A stretch of 64,000 bases of DNA from an uncultured Gammaproteobacteria bacterium (GCA_964411255.1 CAYPKD010000003.1:16477-80476), one strand, 5' to 3'. Numbered from the stretch's first letter, positions 9,983-20,664 are shown. Translations and numbers: made by a program. Notes: generated by a model from the letters alone, not told the origin.

Positions 9983-10011
9983 ATTATAGCACATTTTAAT
10001 GATTTTGTCAA
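9983..10011 (-). promoter_or_regulatory. Sigma70-type promoter, TTGACA-N17-TATAAT, for the 3D-domain gene
   Basis: On the minus strand the sequence reads TTGACAAAATCATTAAAATGTGCTATAAT. Both hexamers are consensus and the spacer is 17 nt. Confidence 0.6.
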
Positions 10012-10189
10012 TACTAGCAACAAAACAACGAATTTGTTCAAACGAGAATAATACTATCAATTCTAGCTGATATTGTCAAGGCTTTCATGAACACAATTTT
10101 CAGTCATAGAATTACCCATTCCTTGACATGACCTATGCTTTTGATGTATCATTTTATTACATTTATTTTTTAATTTCTTAACTACACTT

Positions 10190-10669
10190 ATGTTAAAAAT
10201 TCGATTAGCTAGAATTGGAAAAAAGCATCAGCCATTTTATCGCATTGCTGTTTTTGAATCTCATAAAGATCCTTTAGGAGACTATGTTGAAAAATTAGGA
10301 CACTATAATCCAAAGACAAAAGAAACAAAACTAAATAATGAAAGGATTAAATATTGGCTTGATCATGGAGCGCAGCCTTCTCTAACCATTCATAATTTAT
10401 TTGTTGAACATAAAATAATAGATGGAAAAAAAGTTCGGGTTTCAAGAATCAGTAAAAAGAGAGCAAAAAAAATAGAACAAAAGAAAAAGGTCGGAAAAAA
10501 AGAGGTTCAACCGGCTGAGCAAACCACAAAACCAAAAGCTAAATCTCAGAATAAACCTGAAAAAGATGAAACTAAGGAACAAGCTGAAGCCCCAAAACCA
10601 GAACCTAAAACTAAAAATAAAAAAGAAGAAAAACCAAAGGAAGAATCAAAACCTGAAGAAAAAAAATAA
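10190..10669 (+). CDS. rpsP: 30S ribosomal protein S16 with a Lys/Glu-rich C-terminal extension
   Basis: MLKIRLARIGKKHQPFYRIAV... is the canonical bS16 N-terminus. A terminator hairpin AGCCGCAAAAATGCGGCTTTTTTT follows the gene. Confidence 0.9.
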   Translation: MLKIRLARIGKKHQPFYRIAVFESHKDPLGDYVEKLGHYNPKTKETKLNNERIKYWLDHGAQPSLTIHNLFVEHKIIDGKKVRVSRISKKRAKKIEQKKKVGKKEVQPAEQTTKPKAKSQNKPEKDETKEQAEAPKPEPKTKNKKEEKPKEESKPEEKK

Positions 10670-10678
10670 ACATATACT

Positions 10679-10702
10679 AGCCGCAAAAATGCGGCTTTTT
10701 TT
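10679..10702 (+). terminator. Rho-independent terminator after rpsP
   Basis: A GCCGC-AAAAAT-GCGGC hairpin is followed by T7. Confidence 0.6.
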
Positions 10703-10746
10703 ATTAAATAAAACGGCTTTCTTTTTTATCGCTGCGATAAGCCAGC

Positions 10747-10775
10747 TTGACAATATAAAAAATATTTGCTATAAT
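10747..10775 (+). promoter_or_regulatory. Sigma70-type promoter, TTGACA-N17-TATAAT, for the KH-domain gene
   Basis: TTGACAATATAAAAAATATTTGCTATAAT. Both hexamers are consensus. Confidence 0.6.
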
Positions 10776-10857
10776 GTTTTCAGATCCTCGAAAAAAGGAT
10801 TTTTCAGTAAAACAGACTGGTCTGGTCACCAGAAAGTATTTGCTGAATTGATTAAGA

Positions 10858-11187
10858 ATGAAAAGAATTTCTATGGCAGAAAAATTTGCTGACCAAGAAT
10901 TTGTTGAGTACATTGTTAAATCAATCGTTGCTCATCCAGAAGACGTAAAAGTTGACAGAACTGTCGACGAAATGGGTGTTTTACTTACCCTTAACATTAA
11001 TCCAGAAGACATGGGTTATGTAATTGGTAAACAAGGTAGAACAGCCAAGTCAATCCGAACATTGTTAAAAATTATCGGAGCAAAAAACAATGCTCGTGTT
11101 AACTTAAAGATCATTGAACCAGAAGGTTCAACTCGAGGCCCAAAAGCCGATGTTGACACAGACGTTGTTGACGACCTAAAGATCTAA
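10858..11187 (+). CDS. KH-domain RNA-binding protein (YlqC/UPF0109-like), the usual rpsP neighbour
   Basis: VIGKQGRTAKSIRTLL is a GXXG KH motif. The protein is about 100 aa and sits downstream of rpsP, as in rpsP-ylqC-rimM-trmD operons. An alternative start lies at 10873 (MAEKF). Confidence 0.7.
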   Translation: MKRISMAEKFADQEFVEYIVKSIVAHPEDVKVDRTVDEMGVLLTLNINPEDMGYVIGKQGRTAKSIRTLLKIIGAKNNARVNLKIIEPEGSTRGPKADVDTDVVDDLKI

Positions 11188-11212
11188 ATTAATTTTTTAT
11201 AAATTAACAAAA

Positions 11213-11240
11213 GCCACACTAGATGTGGTTTTTGTTTTTT
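11213..11240 (+). terminator. Rho-independent terminator after the KH gene
   Basis: A GCCACA-CTAGA-TGTGGT hairpin is followed by TTTTTGTTTTTT. Confidence 0.6.
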
Positions 11241-11286
11241 AAGCAAGAAAAAACGCTCGTTGAGCGTTTAGATAAGATATTAATCT

Positions 11287-11634
11287 TTAAATAAATTTGG
11301 TTAAAAGTTCAATAATTTTAATAATTTGATCACAAACTCTCTTGTTCTGTTCTTGTTGAACGTTTTCATTGCCTGAACGTATTACTATAAAACTTCTTTG
11401 AATTAATGCATCTGCATCAGAAAGAGCTTGAGTAAACTGTTCATCAGTAATCATTTTTGCAATCAATTCATATTCAGCATCACATTCAGGAAATTCTTCC
11501 AAAAAATATTCTTTATTCTCTCTTTCCACTTCCCTAAGCCAATCTACCACGGTTGCCCAATTATCTTGTTTATTAACTCCTAAATGATGTACAAAGAATT
11601 TTCTCAATATTTGCTTTTCCTCTTGATTGAACAT
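11287..11634 (-). CDS. Hypothetical protein
   Basis: A 115-aa ORF. A hairpin AACGCTCGTTGAGCGTT at 11252-11268 acts as a minus-strand terminator just downstream. No recognisable domain. Confidence 0.4.
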   Translation of the reverse strand: MFNQEEKQILRKFFVHHLGVNKQDNWATVVDWLREVERENKEYFLEEFPECDAEYELIAKMITDEQFTQALSDADALIQRSFIVIRSGNENVQQEQNKRVCDQIIKIIELLTKFI

Positions 11635-11719
11635 GTTCTCCCTCCTCTTTTTTGCTAATAATTATTTTTATCAAGATATATGAATTATGTCAATATGAAA
11701 AAAAACACTCGTTGAGCGT

Positions 11720-12076
11720 TTAATTATGCTGAAGAATTGATGATGAAATATTCATTAAAAAATAGAGCTGTTGAACTAGACAAAATTCTTGCTCATCTTC
11801 GATTTCATCCAAGCGACGGCCTTTAATTTTTTTCAATTCTTTCTTTTCCTCATCAGAAAGCTGATATTTATCTGGCATTATAAATTTATGAGGATTCCAG
11901 TTATGAAACTTTGCAAGTTCAACAATTTTATCCAAACCTATAATATCTATCTTCTTGGCTAAAAGATGTAAATTTCCTGGCATTAACTCCATATTAATTA
12001 TGTCTTCTGGGATAAGAGCTAAAAAGTCCTGTTGAAACATAGAATCTTGTTCAGCAATCTGTCTTACAGTTGTCAT
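11720..12076 (-). CDS. Hypothetical protein
   Basis: The ORF track extends to 12106, but M11 (MTTVRQ) at 12076 has a strong GGGAGGG RBS 8 nt upstream. A near-identical terminator hairpin AACACTCGTTGAGCGTT lies at the 3' end. Confidence 0.4.
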   Translation of the reverse strand: MTTVRQIAEQDSMFQQDFLALIPEDIINMELMPGNLHLLAKKIDIIGLDKIVELAKFHNWNPHKFIMPDKYQLSDEEKKELKKIKGRRLDEIEDEQEFCLVQQLYFLMNISSSILQHN

Positions 12077-12162
12077 GCTATGGCCCTCCCTTGTTAAAAA
12101 GATCATAATAATTTATCAAAAACACAAAACTTTGTCAAACATGCTATAATTTAATTACTAAT

Positions 12163-12813
12163 ATGCAATACGATATCCTAACAATCTTCCCAAACATTTT
12201 CGACTCTTATATCAATGAGAGTATTTTAGGACGGGCGCAAAAAAGCAAAAAAATAAAAATTAAGGTTCATGACATTAGAAAAAATGCTACAGACAAACAT
12301 AAAACAGTTGATGATAAACCTTATGGCGGCGGGCCAGGCATGGTTATGATGGTTGAACCAATTTACAAAACTTTGAAAAAAATTAAACGCAAAGAAAATT
12401 CTAAAGTTGTTTTATTATCAGCCAAAGGCAAAACCTGGACTCAGCAAAAAGCGCAGCGCTATAAAAATTTAGACCAATTAATTTTAATCTGCGGTCATTA
12501 TGAAGGAGTTGATGAAAGAGTAAATAATTTTATAGATGAAGAAATTTCAATTGGAGATTATGTTTTAACTGGCGGCGAGCTGGGCGCTTTAGTTTTACTT
12601 GATTCAACAGCCAGATTAATTCCAGGCGTTTTGGGAAAAGAAGCGTCTTTAAAAGAAGAATCTCATTCAAAAAAGGGTTATTTAGAATATCCTCAATATA
12701 CTCGACCTGAAATTTTTAAGATTGTAAAAAAACAATATAAAGTGCCAGAAATTCTTTTATCAGGCCATCATGCAAAAATTGAAGAGTGGAGACAAAAAAA
12801 TTCAAAAAAATAA
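12163..12813 (+). CDS. trmD: tRNA (guanine37-N1)-methyltransferase
   Basis: DILTIFP...HDIR...HKTVDDKPYGGGPGMVM, C-terminal SGHH, and 216 aa: a classic TrmD. An extended -10 TGCTATAAT lies 13 nt upstream of the ATG with no obvious RBS, so the transcript is probably near-leaderless. Confidence 0.9.
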   Translation: MQYDILTIFPNIFDSYINESILGRAQKSKKIKIKVHDIRKNATDKHKTVDDKPYGGGPGMVMMVEPIYKTLKKIKRKENSKVVLLSAKGKTWTQQKAQRYKNLDQLILICGHYEGVDERVNNFIDEEISIGDYVLTGGELGALVLLDSTARLIPGVLGKEASLKEESHSKKGYLEYPQYTRPEIFKIVKKQYKVPEILLSGHHAKIEEWRQKNSKK

Positions 12814-12887
12814 ATTCTTGACTTATTAATGTTGTTCTGTTAAATTAATTATCTATAAATCCCAACATCAGCCCAAAGGAGGCTCAA

Positions 12888-13307
12888 GTGGGCTTATTTG
12901 ATAAAAAAACAATGAGCATTAAGGATTTCATTTCCGAAAGAGTGAGACTGGCACTTGTATGGGAAAAAGGAAAGAAATTAATAGAAATTTCTGAACTTAA
13001 AAAAATTCTGAATAATTTACGAAAAACTGCTAGGGCTGAAGAATGTATAATCCGTATCAGAAATCGTGATTTTCCTGAATTTCAGATTGATGTTTTTCCG
13101 CATGAAAATCCCCACCTTCATTGTTGTGATCCGAGAACACAATATGTTGGTGAAATACACTTGGAAGAATTACGTAAAACCGATGGAATTTCAGTTAAAA
13201 ACTTTAAAGACAAAGAAAAACATTGGCGAAAAATCAACACTGTAAGAAAAATATTATCAGATAAACAAGGAATGCACATTGAAATTGTAAGAGAACCAGG
13301 AATTTAA
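12888..13307 (+). CDS. Hypothetical protein with a GTG start
   Basis: 139 aa. AAAGGAGG lies 5 nt before the GTG. No recognisable domain. Confidence 0.4.
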   Translation: MGLFDKKTMSIKDFISERVRLALVWEKGKKLIEISELKKILNNLRKTARAEECIIRIRNRDFPEFQIDVFPHENPHLHCCDPRTQYVGEIHLEELRKTDGISVKNFKDKEKHWRKINTVRKILSDKQGMHIEIVREPGI

Positions 13308-13384
13308 TAAAGCATCCTAAAATGGCTGCTTTTTTTTAATAAATTAACCCACAATTAGTCCACATATATGAGGGGGAAAAATAT

Positions 13385-13413
13385 TTGACATACTTTTAAA
13401 AATGCGATATAAT
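13385..13413 (+). promoter_or_regulatory. rRNA promoter, TTGACA-N17-TATAAT
   Basis: TTGACATACTTTTAAAAATGCGATATAAT lies about 105 nt upstream of the 16S 5' end. Confidence 0.6.
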
Positions 13414-13516
13414 CTTTACCACATTGAACATTTACATTAGAAATTTGATAGAAAGAAGTCTATTGTTTACATTTACAGAGTTTTTGACCATCTCTTTCTA
13501 AAATGGTCTACTACTT

Positions 13517-15016
<1,500 letters not shown>

Positions 15017-15119
15017 TTGGAGATTTGAATCATTCACGTGAGAATGATTCCATTTGGTCGAGTCCTGATTTCATCAGGACAAGGCTCTTTCTATCAATTT
15101 TCTGTTGTAAATAAAAAGA

Positions 15120-15141
15120 ACAGCTAACAGGCTGTTTTTTT
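15120..15141 (+). terminator. Rho-independent terminator about 105 nt after the 16S 3' end
   Basis: An ACAGC-TAACAG-GCTGT hairpin is followed by T7. It comes after the 3' processing stem GAATCATTC...GAATGATTC. Confidence 0.55.
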
Positions 15142-15275
15142 ATATCATAAAACTCTTCGCATCAACTATTGACAAAAACTCTAATAATAATTAATCTAAA
15201 GAGTCCTCCATTAGGAGGCATGTACCTCACAAGTCTGCAGTCGAGCCGAATAGGCACAACCTGAAAGGGGGGGAA

Positions 15276-15980
15276 ATGACTGCACTACAGTCTCAAGTAA
15301 CCTTGCAAAAGGCATACGTAGGCACTTTAAGACGAAAAAGAACAGCTGCAATAGAGAAACAAAAAGACGCTCATGTTGTAATCGAGCAAACTAGACAAGC
15401 TGTAATTCATAACTCATTAAGGAAAAGAATTGTCTTTCAAACAGTCCTACAACAGATTAAAACAGCTGTTAAATATAAAAAGGATAAGAAAATCAATAGC
15501 AGACAACAAAGAATTCAATCCCTAATTGAAAAAATTAAGAAATCGGTTTTATCTACGTTAAAACTTATGAAAGAAAAAACTATCGAGCGGATAAGTATTG
15601 CTGAGTTTGGTGAATACGGATATCCATTTTACATACCATCAAACAGTGAAGTTACATGGAGAAGGAGAAAAAGTAATCCAGAAGATAGAATTGATTCAGA
15701 AGGTCTAATTAAATGTTGCGATAATGATGTTCGTTCATGGACTTTGTTAAAAAATATTGATAAACGAAAGTTGGATGGTGGGTTTGGTGAACCTGACACT
15801 ATATTCTTTATATATGATATTCCTGAAAATAAAATTCTACAAGGAGAAGCACTAAAGCTCTTCAATTGGTTGAAAATCCAAGGATTAAATCCAAGGATTG
15901 AGGCGATCGTTTATCATATGTATGCAGGGGGAGTGACTTTACGCCTAGTCGAAATTACTATTGGCATCCCAAAAAAATAG
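15276..15980 (+). CDS. Hypothetical protein
   Basis: A 234-aa ORF preceded by GAAAGGGGGGGAA. It is basic and coiled-coil-like at the N-terminus, with no recognisable domain. GC is slightly above the local average. Confidence 0.4.
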   Translation: MTALQSQVTLQKAYVGTLRRKRTAAIEKQKDAHVVIEQTRQAVIHNSLRKRIVFQTVLQQIKTAVKYKKDKKINSRQQRIQSLIEKIKKSVLSTLKLMKEKTIERISIAEFGEYGYPFYIPSNSEVTWRRRKSNPEDRIDSEGLIKCCDNDVRSWTLLKNIDKRKLDGGFGEPDTIFFIYDIPENKILQGEALKLFNWLKIQGLNPRIEAIVYHMYAGGVTLRLVEITIGIPKK

Positions 15981-16183
15981 TTTCTGACCGGTTATAATTT
16001 CATATAGTATAATCGGTTTTTTTATTTTAGATTTCCTAAAATCAGCCAAAGGGCTGTTTTTTGTTAAATCATTGACATACTTACTAAAATTTGTTAAATT
16101 ATATTAACTGCTTTTTTACCCGATCCCTATAGCGGAATGCTGGGATCATTTTCTCGCGGAATGCGGAAAAGGGAAAACAGGAC

Positions 16184-17128
16184 ATGCAATGGCAAAACGA
16201 AGAAAGAATTAATCAGTTCATTGAAAAATTTCCTGCTTTAAAAATATGTCTTGATAGAGACAAAAAAAATACCAGAATAAACATAAAAGTGGAACGCGTA
16301 GATCAAGCACTTTTGTTTTCACATGGCGATGGCGTACTTAGATCAAATGGCGGTTTCATGTATTATGATGGCCCGACGGGCAAATTTGCTTGTGAATACG
16401 TATCAGCAATTAATATCTGTCGCAAAGACGGAAATCTTGCTGACATTCTTGTTACAAAAAAACGAGGGCCTGTACTAAGAATTCTTGAAATGCTTGATCT
16501 TAATGATGTTGCTTATATTATTAAGGTGGAAAAACATGCATTTTACGAATATACAGAAGAAGGCGATCATTATGGTCCGTACTCTAGTACGGAAATCAGA
16601 GTAACCATTTACCGTCTGCCAAAGGGTAAAAACGGTCTTCAGAAATTAATGGAAAAAGCCAGTATGTGCAATGCAGAAGTTAGACTGATAAGCAGAAACC
16701 TCCTGCAAGGAACACTAAATAGGGATCCGCTTTATGCAAAGGCCAATGACCAACTGTCACTATTAGCAGATCGCTTTGCAGCCAATGTCTATGCTTCTGG
16801 TCTTAGAGAAGTGGTCGACAAGTCTGAAACAGGAAGAATGTCTGGTAAATTTGATGAGGTTACATTATTAGCTTATGAAAGTGCTGACCGCATGCTATTC
16901 ACACTAAGAGATGATAATAACTACATTACTTTCATTGCTGATGCCACGTCAAAATGGGTAAACCTAGGCATTCAGGGTATTGATGCCACATATAAAGGAG
17001 CGAAACATTTAGTTGACACTGTTACAAGTATTTGGAGAATCCACATTCATCATGATTGCCTGATGGATGATTCAAACCTTGGATCAATGCTTTCTGAAGA
17101 TCCACATGTAAATTACTGCGGATTCTAA
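16184..17128 (+). CDS. Hypothetical protein
   Basis: A 314-aa ORF with no recognisable domain. A terminator AGCTGGATACAATATCCGGCTTTTTT follows at about 17137-17165. Confidence 0.4.
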   Translation: MQWQNEERINQFIEKFPALKICLDRDKKNTRINIKVERVDQALLFSHGDGVLRSNGGFMYYDGPTGKFACEYVSAINICRKDGNLADILVTKKRGPVLRILEMLDLNDVAYIIKVEKHAFYEYTEEGDHYGPYSSTEIRVTIYRLPKGKNGLQKLMEKASMCNAEVRLISRNLLQGTLNRDPLYAKANDQLSLLADRFAANVYASGLREVVDKSETGRMSGKFDEVTLLAYESADRMLFTLRDDNNYITFIADATSKWVNLGIQGIDATYKGAKHLVDTVTSIWRIHIHHDCLMDDSNLGSMLSEDPHVNYCGF

Positions 17129-17172
17129 AAAAAATAAGCTGGATACAATATCCGGCTTTTTTATATTAAACA

Positions 17173-17201
17173 TTGACTAATTCTACTACATTTGCTATAA
17201 T
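17173..17201 (+). promoter_or_regulatory. Promoter TTGACT-N17-TATAAT for the tRNA cluster
   Basis: TTGACTAATTCTACTACATTTGCTATAAT lies about 60 nt upstream of tRNA-Val. Confidence 0.55.
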
Positions 17202-17259
17202 ATCTATTGAAGTTTTTGTATTTTTTTGATAAACTATATCCATACTTTTCTTAATTTTT

Positions 17260-17336
<77 letters not shown>

Positions 17337-17419
17337 GCCTTCGCTCCTTCGGAGCTTCGGCTGGCAGGCCATATCAGGGCCTGTCCGCCGAAGCTGTGAA
17401 CAGAGTGAACAGCGTAGGC

Positions 17420-17496
17420 GGGCGTGTAGCTCAGTTGGTTAGAGCGCAGCACTGATAATGCTGAGGTCACAGGTTCGATTCCTGTCACGCCCACCA
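17420..17496 (+). tRNA. tRNA-Ile (GAT), CCA encoded
   Basis: GGGCGTGTAGCTCAGTTGGTTAGAGCGCAGCACTGATAATGCTGAGGTCACAGGTTCGATTCCTGTCACGCCCACCA. The anticodon loop is CUGAUAA. Confidence 0.8.
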
Positions 17497-17562
17497 TCCT
17501 TCGCTAAAGCTACGGATGGCAGGCCATAATAAGCCTGCCCGACGAAGCCTTGGCGAAGTCAG

Positions 17563-17637
17563 GCCAGGTTAGCTCAGTGGTAGAGCGAAGGACTGAAAAT
17601 CCTTGCGTCCCCAGTTCAATTCTGGGACCTGGCACCA
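17563..17637 (+). tRNA. tRNA-Phe (GAA), CCA encoded
   Basis: GCCAGGTTAGCTCAGTGGTAGAGCGAAGGACTGAAAATCCTTGCGTCCCCAGTTCAATTCTGGGACCTGGCACCA. The anticodon loop is CUGAAAA. Confidence 0.8.
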
Positions 17638-17644
17638 CTAAAAT

Positions 17645-17721
17645 CGGGGTGTGGCCCAGTTGGCTAGGGCGCGCGCTTTGGGAGCGTGAGGTCGTGGGTT
17701 CGAGTCCCACCACCCCGACCA
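17645..17721 (+). tRNA. tRNA-Pro (TGG), CCA encoded
   Basis: CGGGGTGTGGCCCAGTTGGCTAGGGCGCGCGCTTTGGGAGCGTGAGGTCGTGGGTTCGAGTCCCACCACCCCGACCA. The anticodon loop is UUUGGGA. Confidence 0.8.
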
Positions 17722-17872
17722 GCCTTCGTTCCTTCGGAACTTCGGCTGGCAAGCCAGCGAAAAATATCTTAAGTCTAGATCAGGAAGAGCTTTTGCTAAG
17801 AAAAGATTTGTTTAATATCAAAAATAGCTTGGCGGGCCTGCCCGCCGGAGCTTGAACGAAGTGAAAGCGTAG

Positions 17873-17947
17873 GCGGGTATAGTATAATGGCTATTATGTC
17901 AGCCTTCCAAGCTGAAAATACGGGTTCGATTCCCGTTACCCGCTCCA
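17873..17947 (+). tRNA. tRNA-Gly (TCC), CCA encoded
   Basis: GCGGGTATAGTATAATGGCTATTATGTCAGCCTTCCAAGCTGAAAATACGGGTTCGATTCCCGTTACCCGCTCCA. The anticodon loop is CUUCCAA. Two terminators follow it. Confidence 0.8.
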
Positions 17948-17950
17948 GGA

Positions 17951-17986
17951 AAAATCCTTCAACGAAAGTTGGAGGATTTTTCTTTT
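17951..17986 (+). terminator. Rho-independent terminator directly after tRNA-Gly
   Basis: A 13-bp stem AAAATCCTTCAAC-GAAA-GTTGGAGGATTTT is followed by a T-run. Confidence 0.6.
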
Positions 17987-18061
17987 ACGGGAATCGAACC
18001 CGTATAAATCGATTCCCGCCTGCCCTGAGCTTGTCGAAGGGTTACCCGCTCCATGAAAAAA

Positions 18062-18084
18062 CAGACCCTAAAGGTCTGTTTTTT
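18062..18084. terminator. Bidirectional terminator hairpin
   Basis: AAAAAACAGACC-CTAAA-GGTCTGTTTTTT has A and T runs on both sides. It would also serve the convergent ZIP gene. Confidence 0.55.
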
Positions 18085-18168
18085 ACTTATATTAAATTAT
18101 ATTTTAATTCAAACTTTTTTACCCTTCAACTTTTCTTACACTGATTTGTTTCGCTTCATGCATTTTTT

Positions 18169-18930
18169 TTATCCTTCAAATATAATTTTAAATACGAACA
18201 TAAACCCAATCCCTAATAGGAAAAATAAAAATGCCAAAAGTGATTTGGCTATTTTTGATTCTCTATTTAATTCTGGAATCAAATCAGAGGCGGCAATATA
18301 AATAAATCCTCCAGCAGTGATTGCTAATAAAGATGGAATAATGCCTTCAATGCTTCTAAATAATAATATTCCAACTATTGCACCAATAATTGCAATAATT
18401 GCTGACAAAAAATTAAATATTAATGCTTTCTTTTTTGTAAAGCCTCCATAAACCAAAACACCAAAATCACTAATCTCCTGCGGTAGCTCATGAGCAATGA
18501 CTGCGATAGTGGTTACCACGCCTAAATTAATATTAACTGCAAAAGCCGCGGCAATTACCAAACCATCAATAAAATTATGAAATCCATCACCAATCAAATT
18601 CATATAAGATAAAGTTGTTTTATCTTTTAATTTTCTGCATTTTCCTTTGCATTTATGGTCATGATGCCAATGAAAAACTCTTTCGATAATAAAAAAGATT
18701 GTAAATCCAGCTAAAACCCAGATTACAATATTAAAAGTAGTGGATTCTTCAATCGCTTCTGGGATTAAATGGAGCAAAGCGCCTCCCAAAAGCGAACCAG
18801 CAGAAAATCCCACTAATAAAAGTAAAATTTTCTCTAATAATTTATCTTTTATCAATAAAGCAATAATTCCAATAAATGATAAAACGCTCACAATTATTGT
18901 TGCGCCAATTGTCCATAAAACTATTTCCAT
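18169..18930 (-). CDS. ZIP-family divalent metal transporter (ZupT-like)
   Basis: HLIPEA, GDGFHNFIDG and AHELPQEISDF are ZIP signature motifs. The protein is polytopic, about 253 aa, with a His-rich loop HWHHDHKCKGKC. Confidence 0.8.
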   Translation of the reverse strand: MEIVLWTIGATIIVSVLSFIGIIALLIKDKLLEKILLLLVGFSAGSLLGGALLHLIPEAIEESTTFNIVIWVLAGFTIFFIIERVFHWHHDHKCKGKCRKLKDKTTLSYMNLIGDGFHNFIDGLVIAAAFAVNINLGVVTTIAVIAHELPQEISDFGVLVYGGFTKKKALIFNFLSAIIAIIGAIVGILLFRSIEGIIPSLLAITAGGFIYIAASDLIPELNRESKIAKSLLAFLFFLLGIGFMFVFKIIFEG

Positions 18931-19111
18931 ATGTTTTTATTATATCACAAGTACTTTTTTTTCGCTCCCTTCTAACGAAATGCTTCAGCTCAAAGCTTTA
19001 CAAGCTCGTTGATGGATAAAGGTTGTTTTTTTTAATTGACAAATACGTTTTTTTTTAATAAACTTTCATAATGTGTTCTTTTCACACCCGCTTGGAAAGG
19101 GGGGTTCGGAA

Positions 19112-20368
19112 ATGGAATCTTTTAATTCATTAATTGTGGATGAAGCAAAAAACTGGGACACAATTCAAAGCATTCGTCAAGAATTTAAACCTGAACTTTT
19201 TGATCAAATAAAAATTTCTTCCAGAGATGAAGCTTTAGAAAGGGGTGTAAACAGCGTCAAGCAAGTTCTTGAAATTTTAAATTTAGCAGGCCTAGATTTA
19301 AAAAGAATTGAGCCTGGCCATGGAAAAGGCCATATTATTAGAGACTATATCAATTCGCTGCGACTGCTGACAAAACTTGATATTGATCCAAAACATGCTT
19401 TTATCGGCCTGATTGCCGGAACATTGCATGATATTGGCGTGGCCATTGTTGATCGATATCAGGAAAAAAACAGAGCTGTCCGTCATGCTGAAGCTAGCGC
19501 ATTACTGGTTGGCTGGGCAATTGAAGATGCGCAGCTTGATTTTACACCTGAAGAAAAACTTTTAGTTCAATATGCTATTTGCGCCCACACGCACTATCTG
19601 GGTTCTTCTCAGGTTGAATGCGCTGATGGTGTGACCAGAAAAATTGAACCCTATGTTGATGAAGTAGATGGCAAACCTATTTATGGTTTATGGCTGGCCC
19701 GCTGGATTGACCGCCTGGACTGCAGCGGCCCGTGCTTTGTCTGTAGGCATTACCTTACTTTGTACCGACCTCATACTGATTATGGTCAAAACGGCTATTA
19801 TGAAATTGAATTCAAAGATCACATGCAGCCAATGCTCCGGCCAGAGGAAATGATCAGAGCTGAAAAGCTTAACCGTACGATGGCAGAACATCTTCGCATG
19901 TTTGCCAACAGTCAGACAAATGATTCACCGTATGGCAAACATGATTTTGGACGAATGGTTGAGCTTCGTGATTTTAATCGTGCCAGTTTAGCAAGGATTA
20001 TTCAAACTTTGATGATTCCCGAAAAACAAATGCCTTTGAAAAGAGTAAATCATGTTTTTCAGGGCTGGCAGCTTTTGCTCCACAATGAAATTGAATCAGG
20101 GGCTGACAAAGCTATATCCCAGCTTACTGATATGTTTTTCGATCAATTATCTGAAGAAGTGCAATTCCATTGGGCAGAAGCATTTGATAAAACAATGAGT
20201 GAATATTTGAAATGGCTGGACTCTGTCCTACATGATTTTAAAAAATTCCCTGAAAGTTGGCAGTATTTAGAACGAAAACAAAATGCCTTAGCATATGTAG
20301 GATTTGTAGATGAATGGGCAGCTCATCTTTTCGCAGATGATTTCCCAAGATTTTATCCAAAAGCATAA
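19112..20368 (+). CDS. HD-domain metal-dependent phosphohydrolase family protein
   Basis: HGKGH...LHDIGVAIV gives the H...HD motif. The likely start is M14 (MESFNS) at 19112, after GGAAAGGGGGG. The ORF track begins at 19073. The terminator CAAGCTTCATAAGCTTGGTTTTTT lies at 20380-20404. Confidence 0.5.
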   Translation: MESFNSLIVDEAKNWDTIQSIRQEFKPELFDQIKISSRDEALERGVNSVKQVLEILNLAGLDLKRIEPGHGKGHIIRDYINSLRLLTKLDIDPKHAFIGLIAGTLHDIGVAIVDRYQEKNRAVRHAEASALLVGWAIEDAQLDFTPEEKLLVQYAICAHTHYLGSSQVECADGVTRKIEPYVDEVDGKPIYGLWLARWIDRLDCSGPCFVCRHYLTLYRPHTDYGQNGYYEIEFKDHMQPMLRPEEMIRAEKLNRTMAEHLRMFANSQTNDSPYGKHDFGRMVELRDFNRASLARIIQTLMIPEKQMPLKRVNHVFQGWQLLLHNEIESGADKAISQLTDMFFDQLSEEVQFHWAEAFDKTMSEYLKWLDSVLHDFKKFPESWQYLERKQNALAYVGFVDEWAAHLFADDFPRFYPKA

Positions 20369-20430
20369 TTAAAACAATCAAGCTTCATAAGCTTGGTTTT
20401 TTAAAAAAATTAAAATCTCCTTTCTTGGAT

Positions 20431-20569
20431 AGCATCGAGGGTCTGGGGGGCTGATTGCCCCCGGCGCGATAACAGAACTCAATCGTTGCTTCGCATTTGA
20501 AGCCCCCCAGCACTTTTTGGTTACTTTTTGGTGCCAAAAAGTAACTTGACGCAAGCCAACATTGAAAAG
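20431..20569. repeat. 139-nt structured repeat, copy A (second copy at 23871-24009)
   Basis: Copy A shares about 75% identity with copy B over 139 nt. Conserved blocks are AGCATCG-GGGTCTGGGGGGCT, TTCGCATTTGAGCCCCCCAG-ACTTTTTG, and the hairpin TACTTTTTGG..CAAAAAGTA with compensatory outer pairs. Confidence 0.6.
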
Positions 20570-20664
20570 GGTAAAGCAGGCTTTGGCCTGTATTGGTAAA
20601 GATGATATCTAAATTTATATGAAGGCTTTTTTAAAATTAAAAAGAGCACAATTTGATCATGCTC

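Noticed and set aside
15276-17128. An rRNA-associated intron or homing-endonuclease insertion downstream of the 16S
   Set aside because: The 16S is intact and terminated. The two ORFs lie outside it and show no LAGLIDADG, GIY-YIG or HNH motifs.
20440-20470. The GGGGCTGATT string resembling the 5' end of tmRNA (GGGGCUGAUUCUGG)
   Set aside because: The element is only 139 nt, it occurs twice, and it lacks a tRNA-like T-arm and CCA end as well as a tag reading frame. The similarity is limited to 10 nt.
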